NCBI GenBank assembly: GCA_964619725.1 | Contig: CAZUFC010000048.1 | Location: 1 to 56,894 of the forward strand | Source: an uncultured bacterium | Lineage (GTDB): Bacteria > CSSED10-310 > CAZUFC01 | DNA: 56,894 bases | Direction: 5' to 3' | Shown: piece after piece, positions 46,807-56,608 of the stretch | Numbering within the stretch: the first letter of the stretch is position 1 | Layout: the number at the start of each line of letters is the position of its first letter | Translations under genes and position numbers: made by a program | The notes under the pieces: generated by a model | Told to the model about the DNA's origin: nothing | What the model saw: the letters and a program-made list of their open reading frames with translations, nothing else | Database searches by the model: none

Positions 46807-48825
46807 TTAGTCATTGAGCAATTCTTTCATCAATTTCGTAATTTCCGTCTGGAAAGGTTCAGTAATTTTTTTGGGCGTTTTCCGGTCCATATGGAGCAGC
46901 CCCATGGACTGGATACCCGGCTGCTGCCGGTACCAATCAAAAACTGATTCCCAGACTATTCCGCACATCAGCGGATATTCTCTGAAGGATTCTTTAAAAG
47001 CATTGAAAGCATCTTTGAATAATGCCAGTTGAGTTTCTTCCAGGGTGCCGTGTTTATAACGATAATCCTTTTTTTGGGGATTCCTCAACAGCCAGAACTT
47101 ACCTGATGTCGTAGGGGATGACCAGAACCCGAAAGCGGTGATTAAATGCGGTTTATCAGGATGATATTTCATGGCTTTAACAAGGAATTTCCTGACTCCT
47201 CTGCCTGCAGAAATGCCGTATTTTGCCCCGAAATAAGCGCTCCAGCCCGCAGCATCGCATGAATATTGCGAAAAATCCTTCGCTCCCTGGTCGCCGGCGC
47301 TCGCCGCCTGTACCAAAAGTCTTTTATCGGAATAATTATTTCTGTAATCAGATATCATTCGTTCCAGATATTCCTTTTTGCCGTAGGGCTTGCGCTTACC
47401 CCCCAAGTCGGCGCCCAGATTCCAGAACAGAACGGATGGTCTGTTGCGATCTCTGAAAATCATCTCACGCCACATCTGAATATCGATCCGCCTTTCTCTC
47501 TGGGCCTCGAAATGCGGAGATCGATGTTTGTAAAGCGGAATTTCTTCCATTACAGCCAATCCCAGGCTGTCAGTGAAAAAATAAGTGAGAGGGTGATTAG
47601 GATAATAGCCCGTTCTTATGAAATTGGCGTTGAATGTCTGTATGACTCTCAGGTCATGATGAATTTGTTCAGGGGCGCCCGTTCGACCGCTCTCCGGCCA
47701 TTCCTCATGCCTTAACACGCCGAACAGCCTTATTGGAATATCGTTCAAAAGTAACCGTCCCGTCTTGTCCGTCCTTACGATCCTTATCCCTGATTGCGCC
47801 TGACGCCGGTCTTCCACTTTTCCATTGACGATAATGGTCAATTCCACGAAGTATAAATGGGGATGTCCGGGCGACCATAACCTGGGGTTCTTTATGAGAA
47901 GGTCTGAACAAAAAACGACGATGCCTTCCGATTCTGTTTCGGGCACCTGGAAATTCTGAACTGCAAAATCTACTGATTCACCCTTATGACCGTTTGATAT
48001 TGTCGTTGACGCATCAATCTTACCCGTTTCCGCTTCGTAAACATTCCATCCCGCTACAATATCACCCGGATTTACCCTGGAATCCAATCCCGCAATCACA
48101 CACTCAGCTCTGAATCCGCTTCCGTCCCATAAAGGCAGCAAATCCAGTCTCTCGATCCGCAGAAAATTCAATTTTTCTATGTAAACGTCGTGAATAATGC
48201 CTGTATAGTTCGTCCATTCGCAACATTCCGAAGGTATAATGTCGTTCCTGGTTCCCCATGGGATATTATCCACCCGCAGAACAAGAAGATTGTCTCCCTT
48301 CCGTAAATCTTCCGGATTCAGGAGAAAGACGAAAGGAGTATATCCGCCCTCATGATATCCCAGCCATTTCTCGTTCAGCCATACATCGCAAATATAATTA
48401 ACGGAAAAAAAGACCAACCTGTATACGCTCCTGTCGTAAGAAACGGGTATCTGAAATCTCTTGCGATAAGCTACGCCGTCTTCATACCGTTCAGGTCCGG
48501 AATCTGCCTCGCAAGCCGGCATCTTATTAACAGAACCCGGTACGCTGCAGACTTCCCAGTGCGAATCGTCATACTCAAATTTATGACATTGGTTAATCTC
48601 CTTTTCCAGTATTTCAAGCGTATCCTTCCCTGGACTCCGTCTGTCCGTAAGACTGAGATCATGATCAGCCGTAAATTTTCTATATTTCCATTCCCCGGAA
48701 AGATCGAATCGATCCTTGCGTTGAAGCTCAAAACTGGGATAAACCGTGCCGTTTTGAAAAGGGACCTGCAATCCGTTTATTTTTTTTAATTCAAATGTAG
48801 GTTTCAAATCCCCGGCCTTCAACAC
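46807..48825 (-). CDS. Glycoside hydrolase family 2-like protein lacking the catalytic glutamates
   Basis: LSGEW, SVNY..DVWLN...GYHEGGYTPF, NYTGIIHDV, GVLRHEE, RT.YYPNHP, RDRNRPSV; NE motif reads AD, nucleophile motif reads ITAFG. Confidence 0.88.
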   Translation of the reverse strand: MLKAGDLKPTFELKKINGLQVPFQNGTVYPSFELQRKDRFDLSGEWKYRKFTADHDLSLTDRRSPGKDTLEILEKEINQCHKFEYDDSHWEVCSVPGSVNKMPACEADSGPERYEDGVAYRKRFQIPVSYDRSVYRLVFFSVNYICDVWLNEKWLGYHEGGYTPFVFLLNPEDLRKGDNLLVLRVDNIPWGTRNDIIPSECCEWTNYTGIIHDVYIEKLNFLRIERLDLLPLWDGSGFRAECVIAGLDSRVNPGDIVAGWNVYEAETGKIDASTTISNGHKGESVDFAVQNFQVPETESEGIVVFCSDLLIKNPRLWSPGHPHLYFVELTIIVNGKVEDRRQAQSGIRIVRTDKTGRLLLNDIPIRLFGVLRHEEWPESGRTGAPEQIHHDLRVIQTFNANFIRTGYYPNHPLTYFFTDSLGLAVMEEIPLYKHRSPHFEAQRERRIDIQMWREMIFRDRNRPSVLFWNLGADLGGKRKPYGKKEYLERMISDYRNNYSDKRLLVQAASAGDQGAKDFSQYSCDAAGWSAYFGAKYGISAGRGVRKFLVKAMKYHPDKPHLITAFGFWSSPTTSGKFWLLRNPQKKDYRYKHGTLEETQLALFKDAFNAFKESFREYPLMCGIVWESVFDWYRQQPGIQSMGLLHMDRKTPKKITEPFQTEITKLMKELLND

Positions 48826-48939
48826 AATGATTCCATCCTCCTTCTTGTCATCTAATCGTTCCGATTTCCCTGGAACGTCAACCTGTGCACAATGTTATTA
48901 TTACGAGGCATTTTAATCAAGCGCCGACTGAAAAGCGAC

Positions 48940-48987
48940 TGACGGGCGTCAAAAAGCGCTTTCCATCGCGGTGATTGACGTCCGTCA
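48940..48987. repeat. 13-bp imperfect inverted repeat after the anti-sigma gene (possible terminator)
   Basis: TGACGGGCGTCAA-N22-TTGACGTCCGTCA. Confidence 0.5.
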
Positions 48988-48991
48988 ATTA

Positions 48992-50140
48992 TCAACGATC
49001 TTCCGTAGTATTCCTTGTCTCTTGTCCGTCGGATTTAGAACGTTTCGGAAATTCAGGTTCTCGCTGTTCAGACGAAAAACGATCCTTTATCTTGATTTCT
49101 ACAGTCTCTGGCTCCGCAACGAAATAGATACGAACGAAAAGGCGCTCCAGGTTTTTGTCAGCTCTATGTTTCTGTGTTTTTTCATCTTGCTCCATCATTA
49201 CGTTCATCCACCCGTCGACGTATTTGGAAAGTCTCGGACTTCCGCTTTCAAGTATCCTGACGGAAAGCAATTTTTCATCGCCGGCCAGATAAATTTCCAT
49301 ATCGACGAACGTATCCTCATTAACAAAATCCGGGAATTCTATTGCTTGAAGCCTGTTAATTAAAGCCGCATCCTGTTTTTCAGCGCCCTTTTTCACTTGT
49401 GAAGCCGTTCTCAACGTCCATGTCGGCGCTTCCTCTTCCTGCGGTTTTTCCATCATCGCATCCATTTCCTTTAAATCAATTTCATCAGAAATACCTCTTC
49501 CCAGCCTCCGTTCATCCACACCGCCGCTGATTTCGTTTGGTCGAGCCGCAGGTTTTTCCGCTGCCTTAAATTCTTCATGATATGAGGCTTCATGGCGGCT
49601 CTTTTTTTCAGACTTAGCGAATTGCTTTCCGTCCATGCGATCTTTCACCCTCTGAACTCCGTTTTCCTCACTGATCTGCCTTCCCTCGTCCTCGCTTTTT
49701 TCTCCGGGCCTTTGTTCTCTGACTCCCGTTTCCTCATTCGTTGAAACTGCCGGAATTGAATTTGTTTCAAATAATGAGTCGTTTCTGTCCGCCATATGAT
49801 AAAATAAAAAAGCCGTAGTTATGACCAGCATGACTACCGCAGCCGTCTGAGGCATAACGATGTAATCCAGCCAATTGACTCTTCTGATTTTTTTCCTGCG
49901 CCCTAATTTTCTTTTTTCTTCCATCAAACGCGAAATCGTCGCTTCGGTAAAATTCTTCGGCGGTTCCTGAGATTCAGCCTCCATCAATAAATTGCGCGTC
50001 GCTTCCAATGCCTTAAATTCTCTACGGCATTCCTCACACTCGTCTATGTGAATTAAAAACTTCTTCCTCCGGCGCTGGTTTATTCTGTCATCCAGAAACT
50101 CATTCATGTATCGACGCGCCCAAAGGCAGTCTTTTTTCAT
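48992..50140 (-). CDS. Zinc-finger (zf-HC2) membrane anti-sigma factor
   Basis: C...HIDECEEC (HxxxCxxC), single TM, charged linker; ATGA overlap with the sigma gene. Confidence 0.85.
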   Translation of the reverse strand: MKKDCLWARRYMNEFLDDRINQRRRKKFLIHIDECEECRREFKALEATRNLLMEAESQEPPKNFTEATISRLMEEKRKLGRRKKIRRVNWLDYIVMPQTAAVVMLVITTAFLFYHMADRNDSLFETNSIPAVSTNEETGVREQRPGEKSEDEGRQISEENGVQRVKDRMDGKQFAKSEKKSRHEASYHEEFKAAEKPAARPNEISGGVDERRLGRGISDEIDLKEMDAMMEKPQEEEAPTWTLRTASQVKKGAEKQDAALINRLQAIEFPDFVNEDTFVDMEIYLAGDEKLLSVRILESGSPRLSKYVDGWMNVMMEQDEKTQKHRADKNLERLFVRIYFVAEPETVEIKIKDRFSSEQREPEFPKRSKSDGQETRNTTEDR

Positions 50141-50802
50141 AAAAAATCCCTCAACTTATCTTTTAACAATGATCGCCCCCGGTTTATCCTCGATTTTACC
50201 GTGCCTAATCCCACTTTCAACGCTTCGCTGATCTCTTCATAAGTCAGCCCGTCAATGTCCCTCAAAACAACCGCCAAGCGAAATTCCACAGGCAATTCAC
50301 TCAAGGCTCTTTTTATCCCTTCCTGCAATTGCACGGATTCCGCCATTCGATCAGGATGCGGCTGCTCAGAAGATAATTTTTCAATCGGAGACAGCCTATC
50401 TTCCTCGTCGTTCTCCAAAGGCACCTGTAATTTGCGTTTGCGTCTTTTCCATTTATCGAGCCTGTTCAAACAACGATTTACGGTGACTCTGTAAATCCAT
50501 GTCCTTAAACTCGATTTCTCCTTAAACGAATTGATGGATGTGTATACCGCCAGAAAAACCTCCTGACTCAAATCATAAGCCTCTTCTCTGTCGCTCAATA
50601 TTCTCAACGCCAGATTGTAAACATTCCTCCGGTACATCGATACGAACTCTCTGAAAGCGCTCTCCTCTCCGTACTTCAACCGGGAGATTAAAGCCTTCTC
50701 TTCTTGGCCGATTTTCCTGTTTCCGATTCTCATCTTACCGTTTTTAACATAGTCTATGCCTTCTGTGAAGTAAAGAACCGGACCTTCCTGCAAGGGAAGC
50801 AT
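50137..50802 (-). CDS. ECF sigma factor (RpoE/SigW-like)
   Basis: AYDLSQEVF, TWIYRVTVN, LRDIDGLTYEEI, GTVKSRINRGR; ATG 50802 after AAGGAGG. Confidence 0.94.
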   Translation of the reverse strand: MLPLQEGPVLYFTEGIDYVKNGKMRIGNRKIGQEEKALISRLKYGEESAFREFVSMYRRNVYNLALRILSDREEAYDLSQEVFLAVYTSINSFKEKSSLRTWIYRVTVNRCLNRLDKWKRRKRKLQVPLENDEEDRLSPIEKLSSEQPHPDRMAESVQLQEGIKRALSELPVEFRLAVVLRDIDGLTYEEISEALKVGLGTVKSRINRGRSLLKDKLRDFL

Positions 50803-50831
50803 AGTTCGCTCCTCCTTCATTTCCATAATAA

Positions 50832-50858
50832 TTGACAGATTCTTTTGACGAATGTTCC
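50832..50858 (-). promoter_or_regulatory. ECF-type autoregulatory promoter
   Basis: GGAAC-N17-GTCAA directly upstream of the ECF gene. Confidence 0.68.
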
Positions 50859-51026
50859 GGTTTATTTTTCAATTTAATTCTGTCATGTATAATAATTCGC
50901 GACGCCGAAGAAATTTTCGTTTGCAGCGTCAATTTTCTGAATTAAAAGCAATAATGAAATATCAAATCAAAAACTCAGGCGTCCGAAAACGAGAGGCGAC
51001 AATCTTTATGAATTGGAGAAAAACAA

Positions 51027-52349
51027 ATGAGAAGCAATCCCTGGTTTAATTTTCGTATAGTTTTCTTAGCGGTATTTGCTGTTTGCTGTCCCCGGGAATC
51101 ATTGTTCTGCTCATCCCTCAGCGATCCTACGATCAACCTGGAGATAATACTCGACGCGTCAGGAAGCATGAACGGTCAAGCCGCGGGAATGAAAAAAATC
51201 ACCATCGCCGAAGATGTGGTGAAAAGGTTTGCCGAAAGATTGTATGGACGCTCCGACTTGAACCTGGGGCTGAGGGTATACGGGCATCAATCGCCGAAAT
51301 CGGAGCATGACTGCTTCGACTCCCGTCTGGAAAGCCCCTTGCGAGGCGTTGAAAAAGATTCCATAATCCAGGTTCTCGAAAGAGTCGAAGCTAAAGGGTA
51401 CACTCCAATTGCATATTCGCTTGAAGAGGCGCTGAAGGATTTTCCGGCTGTATCTCCCTGCGTGAACGTCATCATTTTAATTACGGACGGAGTGGAAAGT
51501 TGCGGAGGGGATCCATGCGCAGCAGCCAGAAAACTTCAAAACAGCGACAAGCAAATAACCGTTCATGTGATCGGTTTTCTTTTAAATGAAAAAGGGAATA
51601 AGACCATTCAATGCATTCCCCAGGCATCGGGCGGATTCTATTACGATGCCTGCAGCGCAACCTCCCTGGAGAAAGCATTCAAAGACGCCCTGGATGTGTC
51701 TCTGCATGGAGGATACGTTTACATTAATTCTACCGATTACATCGAAAACTGTAAGATCATGGACCAAAGAACAGGGGGATTCCTGAAGCGCTGCTGCTCC
51801 AGAACTAACGTCAATCTTCTGCCCGGCCTTTATAAGATCGAAATACCTTCTGATCCTCCAATAATTAAGGAAAACGTCCTCGTAAGAAAAAACGAAAAAA
51901 CCGTGGTCGAAATGAAAGGCTTCGGCCGCATTAAAATTGAAACCCGCGATTATATCGCCGGTTGCCGCATTATTGACGAAAAAAGCGGTGAAGTTTTTAA
52001 AACCGTATATTCAAATGTGAAAATTAAAGTCCCTGCAGGAACATACCGGGTCGAAATACCCTCTGAACCGCCTGAACTCATCGAAAATGTCTCGATAGAA
52101 ACCGGAGAATATAAAATCGTCAAGCCTGTCGCGAAAGGCTATCTTTATATTCAAACCCGATCAATCGTCGAAGGATGTCGCATCTATAGAAAAGAAGATG
52201 GAAAACTGGTAATGACGGCTTATTCAAAAGTTACCCTGGACCTGCCTGCAGGCGAATACCGCGTCGAAGTGCCCGCAGAACCGGCTCCTGTCGAACGCAC
52301 TGTCGTAATAGAAGGCGGAAAAAAACAAATTCTCCGTATAAGCCGCTGA
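51027..52349 (+). CDS. Secreted VWA-domain protein with three C-terminal beta-sandwich repeats
   Basis: MIDAS DASGSM, GYTPIA, LITDGVESCGGDPC; three ~70-aa repeats with P.G.Y.VE.P. Confidence 0.88.
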   Translation: MRSNPWFNFRIVFLAVFAVCCPRESLFCSSLSDPTINLEIILDASGSMNGQAAGMKKITIAEDVVKRFAERLYGRSDLNLGLRVYGHQSPKSEHDCFDSRLESPLRGVEKDSIIQVLERVEAKGYTPIAYSLEEALKDFPAVSPCVNVIILITDGVESCGGDPCAAARKLQNSDKQITVHVIGFLLNEKGNKTIQCIPQASGGFYYDACSATSLEKAFKDALDVSLHGGYVYINSTDYIENCKIMDQRTGGFLKRCCSRTNVNLLPGLYKIEIPSDPPIIKENVLVRKNEKTVVEMKGFGRIKIETRDYIAGCRIIDEKSGEVFKTVYSNVKIKVPAGTYRVEIPSEPPELIENVSIETGEYKIVKPVAKGYLYIQTRSIVEGCRIYRKEDGKLVMTAYSKVTLDLPAGEYRVEVPAEPAPVERTVVIEGGKKQILRISR

Positions 52350-52404
52350 TCTGAAACCCGTTTGTCGCTGGATTCCTCCATCCAGTCGCTTTTGCCGACG
52401 CAGA

Positions 52405-53031
52405 TTACCCGATCAGATGAATAAGTTCGCCACCCGGATCAGGCTGCAGATTCTTTTCATACGGAGGGATTCCAGTGGAAGCGGGAGAATCCTTTTCTGA
52501 GCGTACCATTTTTTCATTGTTTTCTCTCCCCAGTTCAATCTGAGCTTTCGCTGCTTTTCGTGAAGCCTCAGCTGCGGCTAGTCGGTCCTGCATCGACGGG
52601 TCCTTTGGAGCCAGAGCAGCTCGTCTTACCTGCTGCATCTTCCTGATGGTCGCCTTCGGATCATTCGGCACTTCGGATGTATCGATTTTCACTTCTCCCG
52701 CAACCGCATACTGCTTACCGTCCGGACCTGTTTTGTACTGATAGCTCGCTCCGCCTCTTGCATACGGACCGGCAGCCGATTTGTGCGCCTGTTCGTGAGC
52801 CCTTACCTCCCGGTCGATCTTCTTCAGTTCGTGAACTACCTTCTTTTCTTCTTCCGTTAGTTCGTCTCCGCTGCAGGCCTCACTTTGTCTCCCTGTTTGT
52901 ACCCCTTTTTCGCCCAACTCCTCCAGATTCCTTGAACCTCTTCCTCGATCGTCTAAATGCGCTCGCGTACCACATTCCGAGAATCCCGGCTTCAAATGTC
53001 CATATCCTGATTGGATTCCGTTCACAACCAC
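52405..53031 (-). CDS. SrpA/SprA-related protein (CJM1_0395-type putative metalloprotease)
   Basis: [37 protein letters not shown]. Confidence 0.88.
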   Translation of the reverse strand: MVVNGIQSGYGHLKPGFSECGTRAHLDDRGRGSRNLEELGEKGVQTGRQSEACSGDELTEEEKKVVHELKKIDREVRAHEQAHKSAAGPYARGGASYQYKTGPDGKQYAVAGEVKIDTSEVPNDPKATIRKMQQVRRAALAPKDPSMQDRLAAAEASRKAAKAQIELGRENNEKMVRSEKDSPASTGIPPYEKNLQPDPGGELIHLIG

Positions 53032-53087
53032 TGGATATCCCTCCGGAAATCTATTTCATGGGGAAGAGCAGCTTCCCCTCCTATATT

Positions 53088-53114
53088 ACTTCGGCATCAT
53101 TGACGGAAACTTTA
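53088..53114 (-). promoter_or_regulatory. Putative sigma28 (FliA) promoter
   Basis: TAAA-N15-GCCGAAGT (extended -35 CTAAAGTTT) about 55 nt upstream of the SrpA-family gene. Confidence 0.68.
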
Positions 53115-53223
53115 GAAAAAAAACACAAATATATCGCCGGCGCTCTCGAAAGTCCCGCTCAAACGAGCTTAAGCCTTCTGAAAACTGTTTTTGCGTCTGT
53201 AACCGTCCCGGCGCCTGGAGACT

Positions 53224-56200
53224 TTACAGACGAACTTGTCGTGATCCGGTGCAAGTTTGACGGCCAAGGACGATAACGACAGTCAGAATCGCAAGCAGGA
53301 GCAATTCACCTTTCATGTCTGACGAAGGAATGACGGGCGGCTCAGGTGAAGCTGAGGGCGTGGGGGAAGGAGTTGCCGTGGCTTGCGGAATCAGGACCAG
53401 GCGGTTTCTCTGAGGACCGACGGCAAAGTCTGCAACGGTGATCAAGCCGTTTTCATCGGCAATAGCGATGCCGTCGTCCACCAGAGTATTATCGCTTACG
53501 GTCCTGTTTTCCCAGGCGTATTGAGCGCCGGGAGTAACGATGAAGTTTTGGAGTCGGCGCGGGGTTACGTCGACCGTTTGAACTATTCCCGTACCGCAAT
53601 CGTTCGTATAGGGATCGGCGCTGATGGAACAGAGAGCAATTCTCCATAAATTCGGATCATCAATTGGCGGTCCGTCCCAGGGGTCCCATGAAGAAGACCA
53701 GCGCAATGTATGATTGAACTTTCCTGGTTCAGCAGGCGGCAAGTCCAGATCATTATCCGCGTTGCTGAGCCCCGGAATCGTTTCACTTTTTATCGCTTGA
53801 AAATTGCTGAAGGGCGCTGCCCCGGCGATTGTATGCGGTAACCCGTTAAATCCCTGCCAGAAATGATCGGCTGATGTGACGGCGCCGCCCCACGTGCGTT
53901 TTCCGGCATTGAACGCGCCATAGGCCGGATATCCCTGAGTAGGCCATTCAATGACGTAATCGTTCATGCCGTGAGCCACGCCAAAGGGGACCATTTCATC
54001 GCCTGATCTTTCCTGAATGTTATCCTGATGATTCTGCCAGTCCCATACGCCCATGCCGTCATATTTTTTCAAATGGTCAGCCCAGTCTCCCGGTCCGTCA
54101 ATTTCGACAGGCAGATTCAATTCCGGTGCGCCCCATTTCCATGCGACGTCGACCCTCCAGTCTATGCCGCCGCCGTCCCCGCATGTGCTGTAATTCGTCA
54201 TAGGCTCGCTCGCATAAGCCGCAGCGAAAACATTCGGGTAACGCAACGACAGGGCAAGGGTCCCGCTGCCGCCCATGGAATGCCCGAAAACATAAAGTCG
54301 CTCGGGGTCCGGTATCGCTCCCGGAGGGTTCCTCAATAAATCATACAGAATACGCAATATGCGTTGCTCGGTGTAATTTACGATCACATCACACTCTTCC
54401 ACGATATTGTTTAATCGATAATCGTGATCGCCGGCGAAACCGAAATACCAAGTTTCGCTTACGTCGTAGAGATAAACGGCATAAGTACACCAGTACTGGT
54501 CCGGCAGGTCCAGTACCGGGCCGTAAGAGTTGCCGCCCCATCCATGCAGATTCAAGAATAGCGGAACCGATGGAGGAACGCTTCCTCCGCATAAACTTTC
54601 CCTGGGTTCATATATGACATAATCGTATGCATATTGTATTGACTCCGAGACAGCCGGATCGGCAGGATCGAGTCCGAAATAACCGTTAGCGGCATGAGGC
54701 GCATGAAAAGTGGGATTCCATTGTCTTAAATCCATATACTGCAGGTAAAGATGTCCTCCTTCCCCAATATCCATATCGACTTCCACCGGTAAAGGATCGT
54801 TTACGGCTTCCATTACCGGACCGATACTGTTTTCATTCGTAAAATCCGTCACGTTCTCCTGGTCATACGGACTGACGCTCGTAACCGCATAATACGCGGT
54901 TCCGCTTTCCTCACCGCCGAAATCCTCCATGCACAACGTCCAGACAAGCAATCCCTCACCCACCGCCAGTTGTTCGCCGCCGTCCTCAATGACAAAACGC
55001 TCTAAATAACGCTCTTCCCATACGCCGCTGCCGGTGTTGTACCGGTTCGCGTAAAAATTTCCCGATCCCTCGCTGACCTCATACAATAACGTCGCCTGAT
55101 CCAGGTTGGAAGCGTCTATCGATTCCTCATACCGGTAGATACGATAACTCTCACCAGTCAACTCGCTTAACTCCATCCACGTTATAAACGTCTGACCGCT
55201 TCGATGCACCGCAGTTAAGTCCACTGGTTGATCCGGCATTGGCGCCGGCGTTGCGGTAGCCGCCGTCGAATTAATGATGACTGCAGCATCGTAAGGACCC
55301 AGATTCACCGAATCCGCCTCCTCATACGTCAAAGTTCCTGTGGGAATGCCATCTCCGGGAACAGGTCCTCCGCCTGAGGCTGAAACCAGATAACTCTCTT
55401 GCGGCAATACATATTCACCCGGGTCTGCTGAAGTAGGGTTCACAAGGACAAGTCCGTTATCAAAATTCCGTATATATATTCCCGGGTCCGGCGCCCATAA
55501 TTCCGATATGTCCCCGGGCAGATAGCTGTAAGCGCCGATTGGAATATCATACTCAGGATACCATTCCAGTCCCAATCCGCTGAACATGGCCAGATAACAT
55601 GCAGCGCCCTTGCACAACAAATGACAGCCCGTATAAAACATACGGGTATCATAGTCATCCGCAGCCATATAATTCTGACATATGATCACCTTGCCCTCAT
55701 GCTGCAAATCAAGAATACGATTCATCTGAAGCTGCCAGTCGGAAAAATCGAATGGCGACTGTACTCCCCACATCGCGAATTGCTCAACCATTACTCCGTC
55801 CGTCAGTGAATAATCTATCTGTGATACCGTCGTTACAAGCCCCGCTGCATTGGGAATCAGATAAAAGGGGTCAAGCTGATTCGCAAATTCCGAATGTACG
55901 TGTGCTAAAAATCCGTTTAAACTGGGGTCCCAGAAATCGAATTGATTCGTTCCGTCAGGCCACCACTGAGACGGACTCGTATTCCATGGATAGGAACAGG
56001 AATCGGCAAACACTCCATCTGACAAGTTCAAACTCCGCCTGCGCAAAGACTCATTAACGAACCAGTCGCGATAATCATCCACTTCCGGGTCTAATACCCA
56101 CCAGTTCCAATCAGTCTGTAATATGCGCTGATCAGGATGCGGACTGGTCGGATGCGTCAAAAAGAACTCCGGATAATTCTGATCAAGATCGTCATAAGGG

Positions 56201-56538
56201 TCCGGCAACCACTGGTAACCCTCCGGATGCGTAAATTCTCCTATTCCGAATCCCAGCAGATAATCCAGAAGTATAAAGTCAGGATTAACAGACCTGATGG
56301 GATCGAGTATGTCCCGGGTTAACTTCTGGCATCCCACAAGATGTGTTGCGGCAAATTCATGCTGCTCATCCGTCATTCCCGGCAACAACTGATCGGAAAA
56401 ATGACGAATGTCCGATGTCGTGTCCGGCCAGGGCCGCCCCGCATTGGTTGTCGAAAATGTCATGAATAATACAATGATCCACGCAACTCTTTTCATAATC
56501 CTATCCTTTTGCAATGGTGAAATCCTTGCGACGGTCAT
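53224..56538 (-). CDS. Secreted multidomain protein: putative glycoside hydrolase (GHL15-like) + alpha/beta hydrolase + IPTL-CTERM-like tail
   Basis: Signal peptide; DGVFAD, DGVMVE, GLVLVNP; LHGWGG and GHSMGG; T/P/S linkers; C-terminal IPSS...G-hydrophobic-R tail. Confidence 0.72.
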   Translation of the reverse strand: MTVARISPLQKDRIMKRVAWIIVLFMTFSTTNAGRPWPDTTSDIRHFSDQLLPGMTDEQHEFAATHLVGCQKLTRDILDPIRSVNPDFILLDYLLGFGIGEFTHPEGYQWLPDPYDDLDQNYPEFFLTHPTSPHPDQRILQTDWNWWVLDPEVDDYRDWFVNESLRRRSLNLSDGVFADSCSYPWNTSPSQWWPDGTNQFDFWDPSLNGFLAHVHSEFANQLDPFYLIPNAAGLVTTVSQIDYSLTDGVMVEQFAMWGVQSPFDFSDWQLQMNRILDLQHEGKVIICQNYMAADDYDTRMFYTGCHLLCKGAACYLAMFSGLGLEWYPEYDIPIGAYSYLPGDISELWAPDPGIYIRNFDNGLVLVNPTSADPGEYVLPQESYLVSASGGGPVPGDGIPTGTLTYEEADSVNLGPYDAAVIINSTAATATPAPMPDQPVDLTAVHRSGQTFITWMELSELTGESYRIYRYEESIDASNLDQATLLYEVSEGSGNFYANRYNTGSGVWEERYLERFVIEDGGEQLAVGEGLLVWTLCMEDFGGEESGTAYYAVTSVSPYDQENVTDFTNENSIGPVMEAVNDPLPVEVDMDIGEGGHLYLQYMDLRQWNPTFHAPHAANGYFGLDPADPAVSESIQYAYDYVIYEPRESLCGGSVPPSVPLFLNLHGWGGNSYGPVLDLPDQYWCTYAVYLYDVSETWYFGFAGDHDYRLNNIVEECDVIVNYTEQRILRILYDLLRNPPGAIPDPERLYVFGHSMGGSGTLALSLRYPNVFAAAYASEPMTNYSTCGDGGGIDWRVDVAWKWGAPELNLPVEIDGPGDWADHLKKYDGMGVWDWQNHQDNIQERSGDEMVPFGVAHGMNDYVIEWPTQGYPAYGAFNAGKRTWGGAVTSADHFWQGFNGLPHTIAGAAPFSNFQAIKSETIPGLSNADNDLDLPPAEPGKFNHTLRWSSSWDPWDGPPIDDPNLWRIALCSISADPYTNDCGTGIVQTVDVTPRRLQNFIVTPGAQYAWENRTVSDNTLVDDGIAIADENGLITVADFAVGPQRNRLVLIPQATATPSPTPSASPEPPVIPSSDMKGELLLLAILTVVIVLGRQTCTGSRQVRL

Positions 56539-56608
56539 AACCCTTTACTCCTCTTATTGTATTAACTCTAAACCAAAAGGCAAATATTACAGAGATTCGG
56601 CGAGCCCC

